The notes: generated by a model from the letters alone, not told the origin. DNA of 64,000 nucleotides from an uncultured cyanobacterium (GCA_963749915.1 CAVVOP010000021.1:256001-320000); one strand, 5' to 3'; shown: positions 22,856 to 33,160, counted from the stretch's first letter. A program made the numbers and translations.

Positions 22856-22914
22856 AGTATTTAATATAATAATTAAGTTTTTTTGCAACTTATTAATGGT
22901 AATTAATAGTAAGA

Positions 22915-23667
22915 TTAATCATCTTTAATGGCACCACCTTTTAAAACAGTGAGAGTTTCTTGGTCGCTATTGGAAGTATTAGTGATGGTAAAAACTAACT
23001 CAGGTTGTGTTGTTCCCTGATCATCATAAATAGAGGCGATACCCCGACTGTTGAAACATAGTGTCCAATCAGAAATATTCGTGGTCAATGCAACTTTTTT
23101 CGGTAAGGTTAAATCATCAATGAGAAAACTAGGGTCAGATTTCCAGTTTTCGGCTAGTTCTATCTTACTGTCCTTGGATTGATCTGAACCTAAGGGAAGC
23201 CCTAAGGTGATCACAGAGTTCATTTTATCAATGGCTAGTATTTCATTGGCCGTAGTGTCTCCACCGACTTTAATTTGATCCCCTTCCACAAATCCATTGG
23301 TAGAGAGAACTTTTAAATCGTTATCCACATCTTTTGCATCTTCACTTAACTTAGTTAAAGATTCACAACCCCTCGTATCAGCAATTTCTATAGAAAGTTT
23401 GCCATCTGGTTGACTGGGGTCTGGTTTGATTCTGATAGCTGAAGTTGTAGAAACTGCCCTCCCACGGGTTTGTTGTAAGAGGCCTTTAATTTGACTACGA
23501 CCATCGGCGGTATTTTTAGCATCATTATTTAAAAGTTGGGGTGCGGCCACAGCGGCAAGAACCCCCATAATTGCCGTTAGAGAAAGGAGTTCAACTAACG
23601 TATATCCCCTATTGTTATAGGTAATTATTAAAAACTTAAATAAATCAATTACTTTTTTTTTCGACAT
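22915..23667 (-). CDS. FimT/FimU-like prepilin-domain protein
   Basis: G|YTLVE followed by a hydrophobic helix; C-terminal LCFNSRG motif. Confidence 0.75.
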   Translation of the reverse strand: MSKKKVIDLFKFLIITYNNRGYTLVELLSLTAIMGVLAAVAAPQLLNNDAKNTADGRSQIKGLLQQTRGRAVSTTSAIRIKPDPSQPDGKLSIEIADTRGCESLTKLSEDAKDVDNDLKVLSTNGFVEGDQIKVGGDTTANEILAIDKMNSVITLGLPLGSDQSKDSKIELAENWKSDPSFLIDDLTLPKKVALTTNISDWTLCFNSRGIASIYDDQGTTQPELVFTITNTSNSDQETLTVLKGGAIKDD

Positions 23668-23914
23668 TTAATTATGTCCCCCTCAAAACCTTTTGTTCAA
23701 CCTTGTCTATAAGCTATTATAAATACCTTGAAGGAGAAATGTTATCAGTATAAATACAGATTGTTATGTGAATTTTTGATGTTGTATTAATTTTTTATAC
23801 AGTTTAATTTTGATAATTTATCAATTTTTTATGAACTAAATTAAAGATTTTTTATAACTGCCTAGGTAGTAGATTTTAAGAAAAGTTAGATCAGCGGAAT
23901 CACCCATGATTCAT

Positions 23915-24471
23915 TCTGACTTTTCACGGTATCTTTTCCCTGAGAAAGGGTTTGGGTGTTAGGGGTTGGGTGATAGGGAAAATTCAGTTTTTGTTTTCGA
24001 GGGCACGAATCAATGCTGATAATAATCTTCCGAGGGATTCACATCTATTTAAAAGAGAATCAATGACTTTCCCCTCTCCTAACTTTACCCTTTTCGACAA
24101 TAAAAGATGAGTTTCTAATTCTTTAAGAGAGCCTTGTGCTATGTATAAAAACTGTATATATTCTTTTCGGGTTTTTCGACCATGCCCCTCAGCGACATTG
24201 GCGGGAATAGAGGCTGATGCTCGACGAATCTGAGAAATTAACCCGTAAAGTTCTTCTTTGGGGAAATTGCGAGTAACTAAGTAGCATTCTTCTGCTAAAT
24301 CCATGCCTGTTTGCCAAACCTTTAAGTCTCTATAGGATTGTATTCCCATCAGTTTCTAAGTGTTTTTTTTGACTGTTCAACTATTAAAGCTTATCCTCAA
24401 TCCCTAATCCTAACACCCAACCCCTAACACCTAACACCTGTCAACCGAAAAAGATGCCGTGAAAAGTTAGA
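23915..24471. mobile_element. Inverted-repeat-bounded cassette carrying a four-helix-bundle gene
   Basis: 24-bp imperfect TIR (TCTGACTTTTCACGGTATCTTTTC versus reverse complement TCTAACTTTTCACGGCATCTTTTT) plus inner inverted heptamer arrays. Confidence 0.7.
23984..24349 (-). CDS. Four-helix-bundle protein (23S rRNA IVP / bAvd-like family)
   Basis: YRDLKVWQ, FPKEELYGLISQIRRASASIPANVAEG, FLYIAQGSLKELETHL. Confidence 0.93.
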   Translation of the reverse strand: MGIQSYRDLKVWQTGMDLAEECYLVTRNFPKEELYGLISQIRRASASIPANVAEGHGRKTRKEYIQFLYIAQGSLKELETHLLLSKRVKLGEGKVIDSLLNRCESLGRLLSALIRALENKN

Positions 24472-24513
24472 TTTTTAGATCTGTCCAACCGCCTTCTGGT
24501 TGATTGACATCTG

Positions 24514-25404
24514 CTAACAATTTAGTTTTATCTGTGCTAAATCTAATATTCGCGGAATTAAATCCTCTCTTTTTACTGCCATTAAATGGACTCCTTGACA
24601 AATATTTTTGGCTAATTTTATTTGTTCGGCGGCGATTTTTATGCCTTCTTCTAAGGGTTTTTCTGCTTTTTCTAGTCTTTTAATTATAATTTCTGGAATC
24701 TGTACACCTGGCACATTTTTATTAATAAATAAAGCATTTTTTGCACTTTTTAATAAAAAGATTCCCGCTAAAATTGGTCGATCACATCCTATAGCAATTT
24801 GATTCATAAACTGATCTAATTTGTCAAAATCAGTAATTAATTGACTTTGAAAAAACTTTGCACCTGCCATCAATTTTGCTTCAAAACGACGTTGTAATCC
24901 CGACCAACTATTAGATTGCGGATCAACGGCTCCACCTGCGAATAAGTCTAAATTATCGTCAACTAAGGGGTTATTATTAAGATCAAAACCATGGTTTAAT
25001 TGCCTAATTAACTTTAATAATCGCACGGATTCCAGTTCAAAAACTGCCTTTGATTGGGGATGATCTCCTGCTTTTAAAGGATCACCTGTTAAGGCTAAAA
25101 TATTTCTAATTCCTAAACTATAAGCACCCATTAAATCTGCTTGCAAAGCGATGGCATTTCTGTCCCGACCAGTTACTTGACAAATAGGCTCAATTCCTCC
25201 CTGTAATAGCAAATAACAAGCGGCAATGGATGACATTCGCAAAACTGCCCTACTACCATCAGTAATATTAACGGCATGAACGCGATTTTTTAACAATTGT
25301 GCTACTTCTAACATTCGCTTAGGATTGCCACCTTTTGGCGGTGTAACCTCAGCCGTAATCAAAAATTCTTGATTGGCGATCGCAGTTTGGAATTTGTTTG
25401 TCAT
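24514..25404 (-). CDS. metF: Methylenetetrahydrofolate reductase
   Basis: AEVTPPKG, RDRNAIALQ, LALTGDP, FFQSQ. Confidence 0.92.
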   Translation of the reverse strand: MTNKFQTAIANQEFLITAEVTPPKGGNPKRMLEVAQLLKNRVHAVNITDGSRAVLRMSSIAACYLLLQGGIEPICQVTGRDRNAIALQADLMGAYSLGIRNILALTGDPLKAGDHPQSKAVFELESVRLLKLIRQLNHGFDLNNNPLVDDNLDLFAGGAVDPQSNSWSGLQRRFEAKLMAGAKFFQSQLITDFDKLDQFMNQIAIGCDRPILAGIFLLKSAKNALFINKNVPGVQIPEIIIKRLEKAEKPLEEGIKIAAEQIKLAKNICQGVHLMAVKREDLIPRILDLAQIKLNC

Positions 25405-25418
25405 AGAGACTGAGTAAT

Positions 25419-25466
25419 TAATAAGTAATAAGTAATAAGTAATAAGTAATAAGTAATAAGTAATAA
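25419..25466. repeat. Heptamer tandem repeat (TAATAAG)6+
   Basis: Read directly; lies just upstream of the metF start. Confidence 0.95.
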
Positions 25467-25490
25467 ATATTACCTTTGTTAAGGGTTAAT

Positions 25491-26498
25491 TTAATTGATG
25501 GGTAGGTAGCCAAGTGCGTCTTTAACCCTTTTTAAGGTGACGTTGGCGACACTTTCGGCTTTTTCCTTACCCTGTTTCAATACAGAATCTAAATAGCTTT
25601 TATCTGTCATAATTTCTTGATATTTAGCTTGAATGGGAGTTAAGGCGGCGATGGTGGCATCTGTTAACAAAGGTTTAAATTTACCCCAACCCATTTCGCT
25701 ACATTCTGCCGTTACTTCTCCCTTACTTTTCCCTGTAAAAATGCCGTATAATCCCAATAAATTATTGCACTCTGGGCGATCGTTTGCAAAATTTAAGCCC
25801 ATAATCGGATCGGTTTTACATTTCTTAATCTTTTGCTTGATGTTTTCAGGGGTGTCTAATAAATTAATCCTACTCAACTGAGAAGGATCGGATTTAGACA
25901 TTTTTTTTCGACCATCCGTTAAGCTCATTATCCTAGCACCTTCTTTTCTAATCAGAGGATCTGGCACTTTAAAGATAGGATTTTCTTGAGTACCATATTG
26001 ATCATTGACTCGAATGGCAATATCACGGGTTAACTCCAAATGTTGTTTTTGATCTTCTCCCACAGGGACCTGATCCGCGTCATATAATAATATATCCGCT
26101 GCCATCAAAATAGGATAATCTAATAAGCCAACGCTAACATTTTCCCCTTGTTTGAGTGCTTTTTCTTTAAATTGGATCATTCGTTCTAGCCAATTAAGGG
26201 GAGTTAAACAGTTTAATAACCATGCTAGTTCACTGTGAGCGGTAACGTGAGATTGCACGAAAATAGTGGAGTATTGGCGATCAATACCACAAGCCAGGTA
26301 TAAAGCGGCGATGGTGTAGGTATCTTTAGCTAAAGTAGCTGGATTATGAGGCATAGTGATAGCGTGTAAATCAACGACACAGAAAAAATTATCGTAGTTA
26401 GGTTGTATTTCTACCCAGTTGCGAATTGCACCTAAATAATTGCCTATATGTAAATTTCCTGTGGGTTGTACTCCTGATAAAACACGCTTTTTGGTCAT
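25491..26498 (-). CDS. trpS: Tryptophan--tRNA ligase
   Basis: HIGN and KMSKS motifs; VPVGEDQKQH. Confidence 0.97.
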   Translation of the reverse strand: MTKKRVLSGVQPTGNLHIGNYLGAIRNWVEIQPNYDNFFCVVDLHAITMPHNPATLAKDTYTIAALYLACGIDRQYSTIFVQSHVTAHSELAWLLNCLTPLNWLERMIQFKEKALKQGENVSVGLLDYPILMAADILLYDADQVPVGEDQKQHLELTRDIAIRVNDQYGTQENPIFKVPDPLIRKEGARIMSLTDGRKKMSKSDPSQLSRINLLDTPENIKQKIKKCKTDPIMGLNFANDRPECNNLLGLYGIFTGKSKGEVTAECSEMGWGKFKPLLTDATIAALTPIQAKYQEIMTDKSYLDSVLKQGKEKAESVANVTLKRVKDALGYLPIN

Positions 26499-26629
26499 TG
26501 TTTTTGTTGAAAATTTAGTTAATCTAATTTAGAGATGCTACTAATTCCAAGGAGGAATTATAACACTTAAGTTGCCGAATTTTATTTAAAAAAGCAAGAC
26601 TGCCACGGAACTTGTTTGATTATTAAATG

Positions 26630-27553
26630 TTAATTCCTCACGGTTTTCCCATACTCGTAAACTAAATTAAAAAAATCTCTGACGGTGGGAATTTCTAAGC
26701 GATCTTTCGTGGTAATCAAAACAACTTCTCTAGTTAGTTGATTATTGACTGAATAATTTGACGGTATACTAAAAGGAATAATAGCTAAAGTGGGATCTAA
26801 CTTTGACTCTTGCAATGCTAATTCAGGCAATAAAGCAATCAAATTTCCTTGGCGAATCACACCCCGAAAGGCGTCTAAGGTATTTAACTCCATCCCTACA
26901 TCTAATTCAAATCCATTACTGGCGAATATCTCTTGAACAACGCGTTGCATGCCATATCCATCTTTAAAAATAACCTGGGAATATTTTGCCAACTCAGCAA
27001 CAGTAACGCGTTTCTCTGTGGTTAAAGGATGATTACTAGATGCCAATATATGAATCGATTCATGGTATAAATGTTTAACTACCATATCGGAACTAGAAGT
27101 CAAATATTTATTATTCATCACTAAAGCCACATCCACTAAACCATCCCGTAACACTTTTAATGCTCGATCGCTACCTAAAGCCGTCACTCGTAATTGTACT
27201 TGGGGATGATTGTTACAAAAATCTTGTAACAGAGGAGGTAAATAATAAGCACAGACAGAATGAATTGCCGCTACACACAACTCAGGTTGTTCACCCCCCA
27301 GTAATTCTTGGATTTTTTCCCCGGCCTTTTCCCATTCCTGACAAATACGCCTGGCATGGGGTAACAGTTTTTCGCCACTGACTGTTAATTTTGCCTGTGC
27401 CTGACGATGAAATAAAGATGTTTTTAAATGAGTTTCTAAACTTTGAACTTGACGACTAATAGTTGATTGCGTTACCCCACAAAGCTTTGCCGCTTGTCCA
27501 AAACTGCCTGTTTCACTTACCGCTAGAAAAGCCTTGATTTGTTCAATTCTCAT
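26630..27553 (-). CDS. LysR-family transcriptional regulator
   Basis: N-terminal HTH (GSFGQAA...TQSTISRQVQSLE) plus substrate-binding domain. Confidence 0.92.
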   Translation of the reverse strand: MRIEQIKAFLAVSETGSFGQAAKLCGVTQSTISRQVQSLETHLKTSLFHRQAQAKLTVSGEKLLPHARRICQEWEKAGEKIQELLGGEQPELCVAAIHSVCAYYLPPLLQDFCNNHPQVQLRVTALGSDRALKVLRDGLVDVALVMNNKYLTSSSDMVVKHLYHESIHILASSNHPLTTEKRVTVAELAKYSQVIFKDGYGMQRVVQEIFASNGFELDVGMELNTLDAFRGVIRQGNLIALLPELALQESKLDPTLAIIPFSIPSNYSVNNQLTREVVLITTKDRLEIPTVRDFFNLVYEYGKTVRN

Positions 27554-27779
27554 AAATTATTGTCAATTTTGACTATTTCTGTGTACCATAAGCTATTGAC
27601 ATTACCATCATCAAATCAAAAATTAGGTACTTTTACGTACGGCTGGTCTTATGGGGTTGATTTTACTACTAATACACAAAAAAATGGCCTATGGTTTAGG
27701 GGCGATAATTTATTTGGCTAATGTAAGTTAAATAATTAACAATTTGTAAGAAGTTTTGTTAATTGTTAATTGTCCATTG

Positions 27780-28103
27780 TTAAGAGGCTAAAGCCACTTC
27801 AATCATTTGTTGTAATTCACCAGTTTGATATAATTCAATGAGAATATCACTACCACCAATAAACTCGCCGTTAACATACACTTGGGGAATGGTAGGCCAA
27901 TTAGAATATTCTTTGATGCCTTGGCGAACATCATAATCAGCTAAAACGTCAACGGTTTCAAAAGGTACACCGAGAGTGTTCAAAATTTGGACAACATTGT
28001 TGGAAAAACCACACTGAGGCATCAATTTCGAGCCTTTCATGAAAACTACTACCTGGCTATTGTTTACGATGTCATCAATACGTTGCTTTAATTCTGGTGT
28101 CAT
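27780..28103 (-). CDS. grxD: Monothiol glutaredoxin Grx4
   Basis: CGFS and WPTIPQ motifs; ATG at 28103 preferred. Confidence 0.95.
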   Translation of the reverse strand: MTPELKQRIDDIVNNSQVVVFMKGSKLMPQCGFSNNVVQILNTLGVPFETVDVLADYDVRQGIKEYSNWPTIPQVYVNGEFIGGSDILIELYQTGELQQMIEVALAS

Positions 28104-28299
28104 AGTAATTAGTAAATACGATAATAAAATTACAAAAAATAATAAGTCAGTTTCTAGTTTAACCTTGGTAGAGGGTTTTTTAAAATAGGTCAAGACCCAT
28201 TCACCCTGATTATTATAACATTAGTTACATGAGACTAAATCGCCTCATTATTGTCCGTTGCGGAAGAAACTAATTTGGAGGAGAAGTCCCTTATCTATG

Positions 28300-28554
28300 T
28301 TAATTTTGCTCTGTTAACCATGTGGAAGGGGTATAGGTTTTTAAGGCCAAAGCGTGGATAGCTTCTGATTTTAATTCACTTTGTAATGCTCTATAAACCA
28401 GTTGATGCTGTCTTACTTTTGTTTTACCTTCAAATTCTGCAGAAATAACGATGGCCTCAAGATGATCTCCGCCTCCGGTTAAATCTTTGATGAATACCTG
28501 TGCGTCAGATATTTCCTGCTGAATAGTTTTTTGAACTTGTTCTAAACTTACCAT
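28300..28554 (-). CDS. BolA family protein
   Basis: [19 protein letters not shown]; adjacent to grxD. Confidence 0.92.
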   Translation of the reverse strand: MVSLEQVQKTIQQEISDAQVFIKDLTGGGDHLEAIVISAEFEGKTKVRQHQLVYRALQSELKSEAIHALALKTYTPSTWLTEQN

Positions 28555-28703
28555 AATCAATTAATTTGCATAAGACTTTTTACACTTAAATTATAATATA
28601 TCATTTTTTACTTTCTACTTAAAAACTAAATTATTTTATGATCAAATATTTTTAATTAACTAATTATTTAGCTAAATAAAATGAATAATTTAAAGGATGA
28701 ATA

Positions 28704-29324
28704 TTAGTTATTAGAAGTTTGAAAAGGTGTTTCCACAAAACCAATTTCATATAATTGTTGATAGGATTTTCTCCCCAATTCACTGGTAGGTTGTTGAGAG
28801 CGAATAATCTGAATTAAAAGAGGGACTGCCAATTCTGGTTTATTTTGTGCTCGATGAACTAAGGCTAATTGATAGGTAGATTCATCTCTTAAAGTAGCAG
28901 TTTTCAACGCTCCTGCTCTTTGTCCTTCTGCAAGACGATTATCAATACCTGAAAAACTTTCGGCTAATTGCAAATAAAAATTAGAAAGTTGGTTAAAAAT
29001 ACGTCTTGCTTGTTGTAATTTAGTGGATGCTAAATCGTAATTTTCAGCAGTGATTGCTTGTTCTGCTTCCTGCATTAATTTTTCTCCTCCCTGAAGACTT
29101 AAAAGACTTTCTGTTTGATTAATGGGAGTGACAGTGTTTTCCTCTGGCATGGGAGTCACAGTGTTTTCTTCTGGCATGGGAGTGACAGTGTTTTCTTCTG
29201 GCAAAGGATTCACATTATCGGTGGTTGACTGAGCTGAAGTAACAGAAGCTACAGATAAAATCCCTAAGGACACAATAACACCTAAAGAGTAGTTTAACCA
29301 ATTTTTTGACGACAAGGATAACAT
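28704..29324 (-). CDS. Conserved exported hypothetical protein with internal 9-aa tandem repeat
   Basis: Signal-peptide-like N-terminus; LALVHRAQNKPELAVPLLIQIIRSQ. Confidence 0.75.
   Translation of the reverse strand: MLSLSSKNWLNYSLGVIVSLGILSVASVTSAQSTTDNVNPLPEENTVTPMPEENTVTPMPEENTVTPINQTESLLSLQGGEKLMQEAEQAITAENYDLASTKLQQARRIFNQLSNFYLQLAESFSGIDNRLAEGQRAGALKTATLRDESTYQLALVHRAQNKPELAVPLLIQIIRSQQPTSELGRKSYQQLYEIGFVETPFQTSNN
29122..29202. repeat. 27-bp coding tandem repeat x3 (PEENTVTPM)
   Basis: Three near-identical units read directly. Confidence 0.95.
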
Positions 29325-29581
29325 AGAGAAATTATGACCTTAGTAAATAAATTTCTTAAATTTTAAAGTATCTTAACACTTTCTAGTATTTTCGATCTCA
29401 ATAACCTTTTTTCTTTAAAATAGTGAATAGTTAATATTGATAGGTGGGTTAGACAATAAAGTATTAAGTTTTGTTTCAAGTTTTTCAGTAATTCAGGTAT
29501 CATGAATAAAATGGCATCTTTTACTTAGGGAAAACCCCTCGGATTGAACGACATTTAAACTTCAGTTTATAAAATTAAAGA

Positions 29582-31321
29582 ATGGAAGAAAAACTGCCCC
29601 AGCATAGAATACAGATTACAGATGATCTCGATAAGTTATTACAAATTTTACCTCCGACAATTCGACAATCCGTAGAACAACATCCTCAGAAAAGTTCTTT
29701 AATTGAGATCGTTTTGGACTTGGGAAGAAAGCCAGAAGCCAGATTTTCTGGTGATAGTTGTTACTTGAGTGAGAACTTAGTCAGTCGAGAAGATTTAGAA
29801 CATTGCGTGGCTAGAGTTGGTCATTTTAGTGCTGATAATCGTGCTGGAATTGAATGTACTTTACATCGTATCAGTGCCATTCGTAACCGTCAAGGTAATA
29901 TTATCGGTTTGACTTGCCGCATCGGTAGGGCAGTTTTTGGTACTATTTTGATGATTCGGGATTTAGTGGAAAGTGGTCAATCTATTTTACTGTTGGGACG
30001 CCCTGGGGTTGGTAAAACCACTGCCTTACGAGAAATTGCCAGAGTTTTAGCCGATGATTTAAATAAAAGGGTTGTCATTATTGATACTTCTAACGAAATC
30101 GCCGGTGATGGGGATGTGCCTCACCCGGCCATTGGTAGGGCCAGAAGAATGCAGGTAGCACATCCTGAATTACAACATCAAGTTATGATCGAGGCGGTGG
30201 AAAATCATATGCCTGAGGTTATTATCATTGATGAAATCGGTACGGAACTAGAAGCTCAAGCCGCTAGAACCATCGCCGAAAGAGGAGTTCAATTAGTCGG
30301 CACTGCCCATGGTAATCATCTTGAAAACCTGATCAAAAATCCCACCCTTTCTGACTTGATCGGCGGTATTCAGTCGGTCACTTTGGGGGATGAAGAAGCC
30401 CGTCGTCGTGGTTCTCAAAAGACAGTTTTAGAGCGTAAAGCGCCCCCTACCTTTGGAATCGCGGTGGAAATGTGGGAACGTCAGAAATGGGTTGTCCATG
30501 AAGAAGTTGCTCAAACGGTAGATCATCTTTTGCGGGGTAAACAACTAATTCCTCAATTACGTCAAGTTAATGATGCAGGGGAGGTTTCCATTACCAGAGA
30601 TCCTTCCTTAGCACCACAAACGGCATTAACCACCGTGCAAAATTTGGTAGAGATTCCCTTTAAGCCTAGCGGTTTAAGAGCTTCTGGCAAGATGATACCT
30701 CTTTCTCCTACTCATGAAACTTCCAATATGGATTTTGAACAAATGTTGTCTAATTCTTGGTACCAAGCGGAGGAAGCAACGGAAAAAGTACGCATTCCCG
30801 GACCTAATGGAGAGGATTTTCCTATTTATGTTTATCCTTATGGCATCGGTAGATCTCAGTTAGAACAGGTTATCAGTGTGTTGAAAATGCCCATTGTTTT
30901 AACTAAAGATCTAGATGACGCTGATGCGGTGTTAGCTTTGCGATCGCAGGTTAAAAATCACTCAAAATTGATGCAGTTAGCCAAAGATCGACAAGTACCG
31001 ATTCATAGCATTAAATCTAACAGTATTCCCCAAATTACCCGCACTTTAAGGCAGTTAGTAAATATGGATAACCCCGATAGTTCTGAAGCTGCCGATTTAA
31101 GATTATTTACTAAAGCAGGTAATGATGACGAAATTGAAGCCTTAGAAGAAGCAAGGTTAGCTGTAGAACAAATTGTCATACCTCAAGGGCAACCAGTGGA
31201 ATTATTACCCAGAAACCCAAAAGTAAGGAAAATGCAACATGAACTAGTAGAACACTATAGATTGCGATCAGATAGTTTTGGAAATGAACCAAACCGTCGT
31301 CTGCGCATATATCCAGCCTAA
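29582..31321 (+). CDS. Ycf45/SpoIIIAA-like AAA ATPase with C-terminal R3H domain
   Basis: GRPGVGKT Walker A, IIIDEIG, RKMQH (R3H). Confidence 0.88.
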   Translation: MEEKLPQHRIQITDDLDKLLQILPPTIRQSVEQHPQKSSLIEIVLDLGRKPEARFSGDSCYLSENLVSREDLEHCVARVGHFSADNRAGIECTLHRISAIRNRQGNIIGLTCRIGRAVFGTILMIRDLVESGQSILLLGRPGVGKTTALREIARVLADDLNKRVVIIDTSNEIAGDGDVPHPAIGRARRMQVAHPELQHQVMIEAVENHMPEVIIIDEIGTELEAQAARTIAERGVQLVGTAHGNHLENLIKNPTLSDLIGGIQSVTLGDEEARRRGSQKTVLERKAPPTFGIAVEMWERQKWVVHEEVAQTVDHLLRGKQLIPQLRQVNDAGEVSITRDPSLAPQTALTTVQNLVEIPFKPSGLRASGKMIPLSPTHETSNMDFEQMLSNSWYQAEEATEKVRIPGPNGEDFPIYVYPYGIGRSQLEQVISVLKMPIVLTKDLDDADAVLALRSQVKNHSKLMQLAKDRQVPIHSIKSNSIPQITRTLRQLVNMDNPDSSEAADLRLFTKAGNDDEIEALEEARLAVEQIVIPQGQPVELLPRNPKVRKMQHELVEHYRLRSDSFGNEPNRRLRIYPA

Positions 31322-31349
31322 GCAATTAACAATTAACAATTAACAATTG
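31322..31349. repeat. Heptamer tandem repeat (CAATTAA)n
   Basis: Fills the gap between convergent stop codons. Confidence 0.9.
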
Positions 31350-31351
31350 TT

Positions 31352-32485
31352 TCACGCTGCTAAGGAAATATTATTTTTTAAGAGCACCCCTTGATAAAAG
31401 TTCTGTAATTGAGTCGTTGCTGAGCTCCACCCCCATTTTTCAGCTTCTAAACGAGCATTTTGTCTCAATTGTTCTCTTTCGTCTTTATGGGCTAATAAAC
31501 GACTTGTAGCGGCGATCGCTCCCAGAGGATCATCAGGTTCAAACATATAACCATTAACGCCATTGGTAACAATATCAGGAATACCACCTCGTCTAGCTGC
31601 AACCACAGGACAACCAGCTGCCATAGCCTCTAATAAGACTAACCCCAAAGTTTCCGTAGAAGAAGGGAAAATAAAGGCATCAGCGGAGGCATAAGCCGCC
31701 CCTAATTCCCGCCCGTGAAGATAACCAAGAAAATTCGTGTTAGTATCGGCGAAAAGAGTTTCTAATTCTTCTCTAGCAGGACCATTCCCCACAATTGCTA
31801 ATCTAGCCTCTGGAATACTCTCTAAAACAGGCTTAATTTTATCAATTTCTTTTTCTGCTGATACTCTGCCCACATATAATAACAATGGTGCTTCTGGACA
31901 TCCTTGAGACAGTTTATTTCTCATGTTGACGGAGGCTAAACTAGGTTGAAAGGAATCAGTATCAACTCCTCTTTGCCATAAATTCACTCTTTCAATACCA
32001 TGATTAACTAATTCATTTAGCATCGCCGTGGAGGTGCAAAGGTTTAATTCAGCCTGATTGTGGACTAATTTTAGTAATTCCCATAAAATTCCCTCTAATG
32101 CCCCTAAATTATAGTGATGAAGATATTGAGGTAAATGAGTATGATAAGAAGCCACAAGAGGTATATTCAGTTTTTTTGCATAGTAAATCCCTCCTATTCC
32201 TAAAACCGCAGGGTTAACCACATGAATTAAATCTGGTTTAAATCTTTGTAATGCAAAATTAATGGAAAGGTTCGGAATCGCTAATTTTAATTCTGGATAC
32301 AGGGGTAAGGGAATACCTTTAATACCATTAATTTTTGCCCCTTTGTATTCTTTGAGTCCGCCTTCGGGAGAGAAGATAAGAACGTTATGCCCTTGTTTTT
32401 GTAAATGTTCAACGGTATGTTTTAAACGGGTGACGATGCCATCAACTTTGGGCAAAAATGTTTCGGTAAAGAGGGCGATACGCAT
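31352..32485 (-). CDS. sqdX: GT4 glycosyltransferase, sulfoquinovosyldiacylglycerol synthase-like
   Basis: MRIALFTETFLPKVDGIVTRL, SYHTHLP, ETLGLVLLEAMAAG. Confidence 0.85.
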   Translation of the reverse strand: MRIALFTETFLPKVDGIVTRLKHTVEHLQKQGHNVLIFSPEGGLKEYKGAKINGIKGIPLPLYPELKLAIPNLSINFALQRFKPDLIHVVNPAVLGIGGIYYAKKLNIPLVASYHTHLPQYLHHYNLGALEGILWELLKLVHNQAELNLCTSTAMLNELVNHGIERVNLWQRGVDTDSFQPSLASVNMRNKLSQGCPEAPLLLYVGRVSAEKEIDKIKPVLESIPEARLAIVGNGPAREELETLFADTNTNFLGYLHGRELGAAYASADAFIFPSSTETLGLVLLEAMAAGCPVVAARRGGIPDIVTNGVNGYMFEPDDPLGAIAATSRLLAHKDEREQLRQNARLEAEKWGWSSATTQLQNFYQGVLLKNNISLAA

Positions 32486-32540
32486 AAATAATTGATAATG
32501 AATCTTGAATAATGAGTTCGGAGTAAAAGAAAGTTATTAA

Positions 32541-32579
32541 TTGTTCATTGTTCATTGTTCATTGTTCATTGTTCATTGT
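32541..32579. repeat. Heptamer tandem repeat (TTGTTCA)5
   Basis: Read directly from the sequence. Confidence 0.95.
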
Positions 32580-32693
32580 CAACAATTTAAAAAAAATTAT
32601 AGCCAAGCCCCAGCAACACAGATAGTAATTCTCATCTATGGGCCGGATTATTTTGATTGAGATTCCCTGGTGTATCTGCGTTTTGTATTAATA

Positions 32694-32767
32694 CGAGTAC
32701 GAAGGGATTCGAACCCCCGACACCCAGAACCGGAATCTGGTGCTCTATCCAACTGAGCTACGCACCC
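32694..32767 (-). tRNA. tRNA-Arg(CCG)
   Basis: Cloverleaf GGGTGCG...CCAGA-TTCCGGT-TCTGG...GGTTCGAATCC...CGTACTCG; CCA not encoded. Confidence 0.95.
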
Positions 32768-32907
32768 AAGTTACTCCAAGATAACATAATTTGACTTCGA
32801 GGTGATTGAAAAATTTGTTCACTTTTATTAATGGACCAGGTCTCTAGGGGATTGATCATTCAATGTTAAAATTGGTTTAGTAATACTTAGACTTAAACAC
32901 AATTATT

Positions 32908-33150
32908 ATGCCTCCACGTTGGCCTCGGGAACCAGATCGTCAAAATGACCCTGAATATCGTAAATTGGACGATCGCATGACTTTTGCCGTGCATGTAGCT
33001 TTATTTTTAGCCTGTAACTCCGGAGTGTGGTTTTTTCACAATCTTAATCACCCCGAATGGTTTTGGGCAAATGAATTTAGCCTTATTTGGGGTGCTATCT
33101 TATTGCTTCACTTGCTGTATATTACTGTCATTGCCGATTATTCTCACTGA
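32908..33150 (+). CDS. Small 2TM-domain cyanobacterial membrane protein
   Basis: MPPRWPREPDR N-terminus and two hydrophobic segments. Confidence 0.75.
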   Translation: MPPRWPREPDRQNDPEYRKLDDRMTFAVHVALFLACNSGVWFFHNLNHPEWFWANEFSLIWGAILLLHLLYITVIADYSH

Positions 33151-33160
33151 ATATAAAGTG

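Noticed and set aside
18735..24471. Diversity-generating retroelement (Avd-like gene next to pilin genes)
   Set aside because: No reverse transcriptase in the window and no TR/VR pair found by eye; differences in the 51.4-51.9 kb copy are not adenine-specific
15887..25375. Apparent HIP1 gap over the pilin cassette as evidence of horizontal transfer
   Set aside because: HIP1 is sparse across the whole window, so the gap is not convincing without a statistical test
29122..29202. CRISPR-like 27-bp repeats
   Set aside because: Units are contiguous with no spacers and are in frame within a CDS
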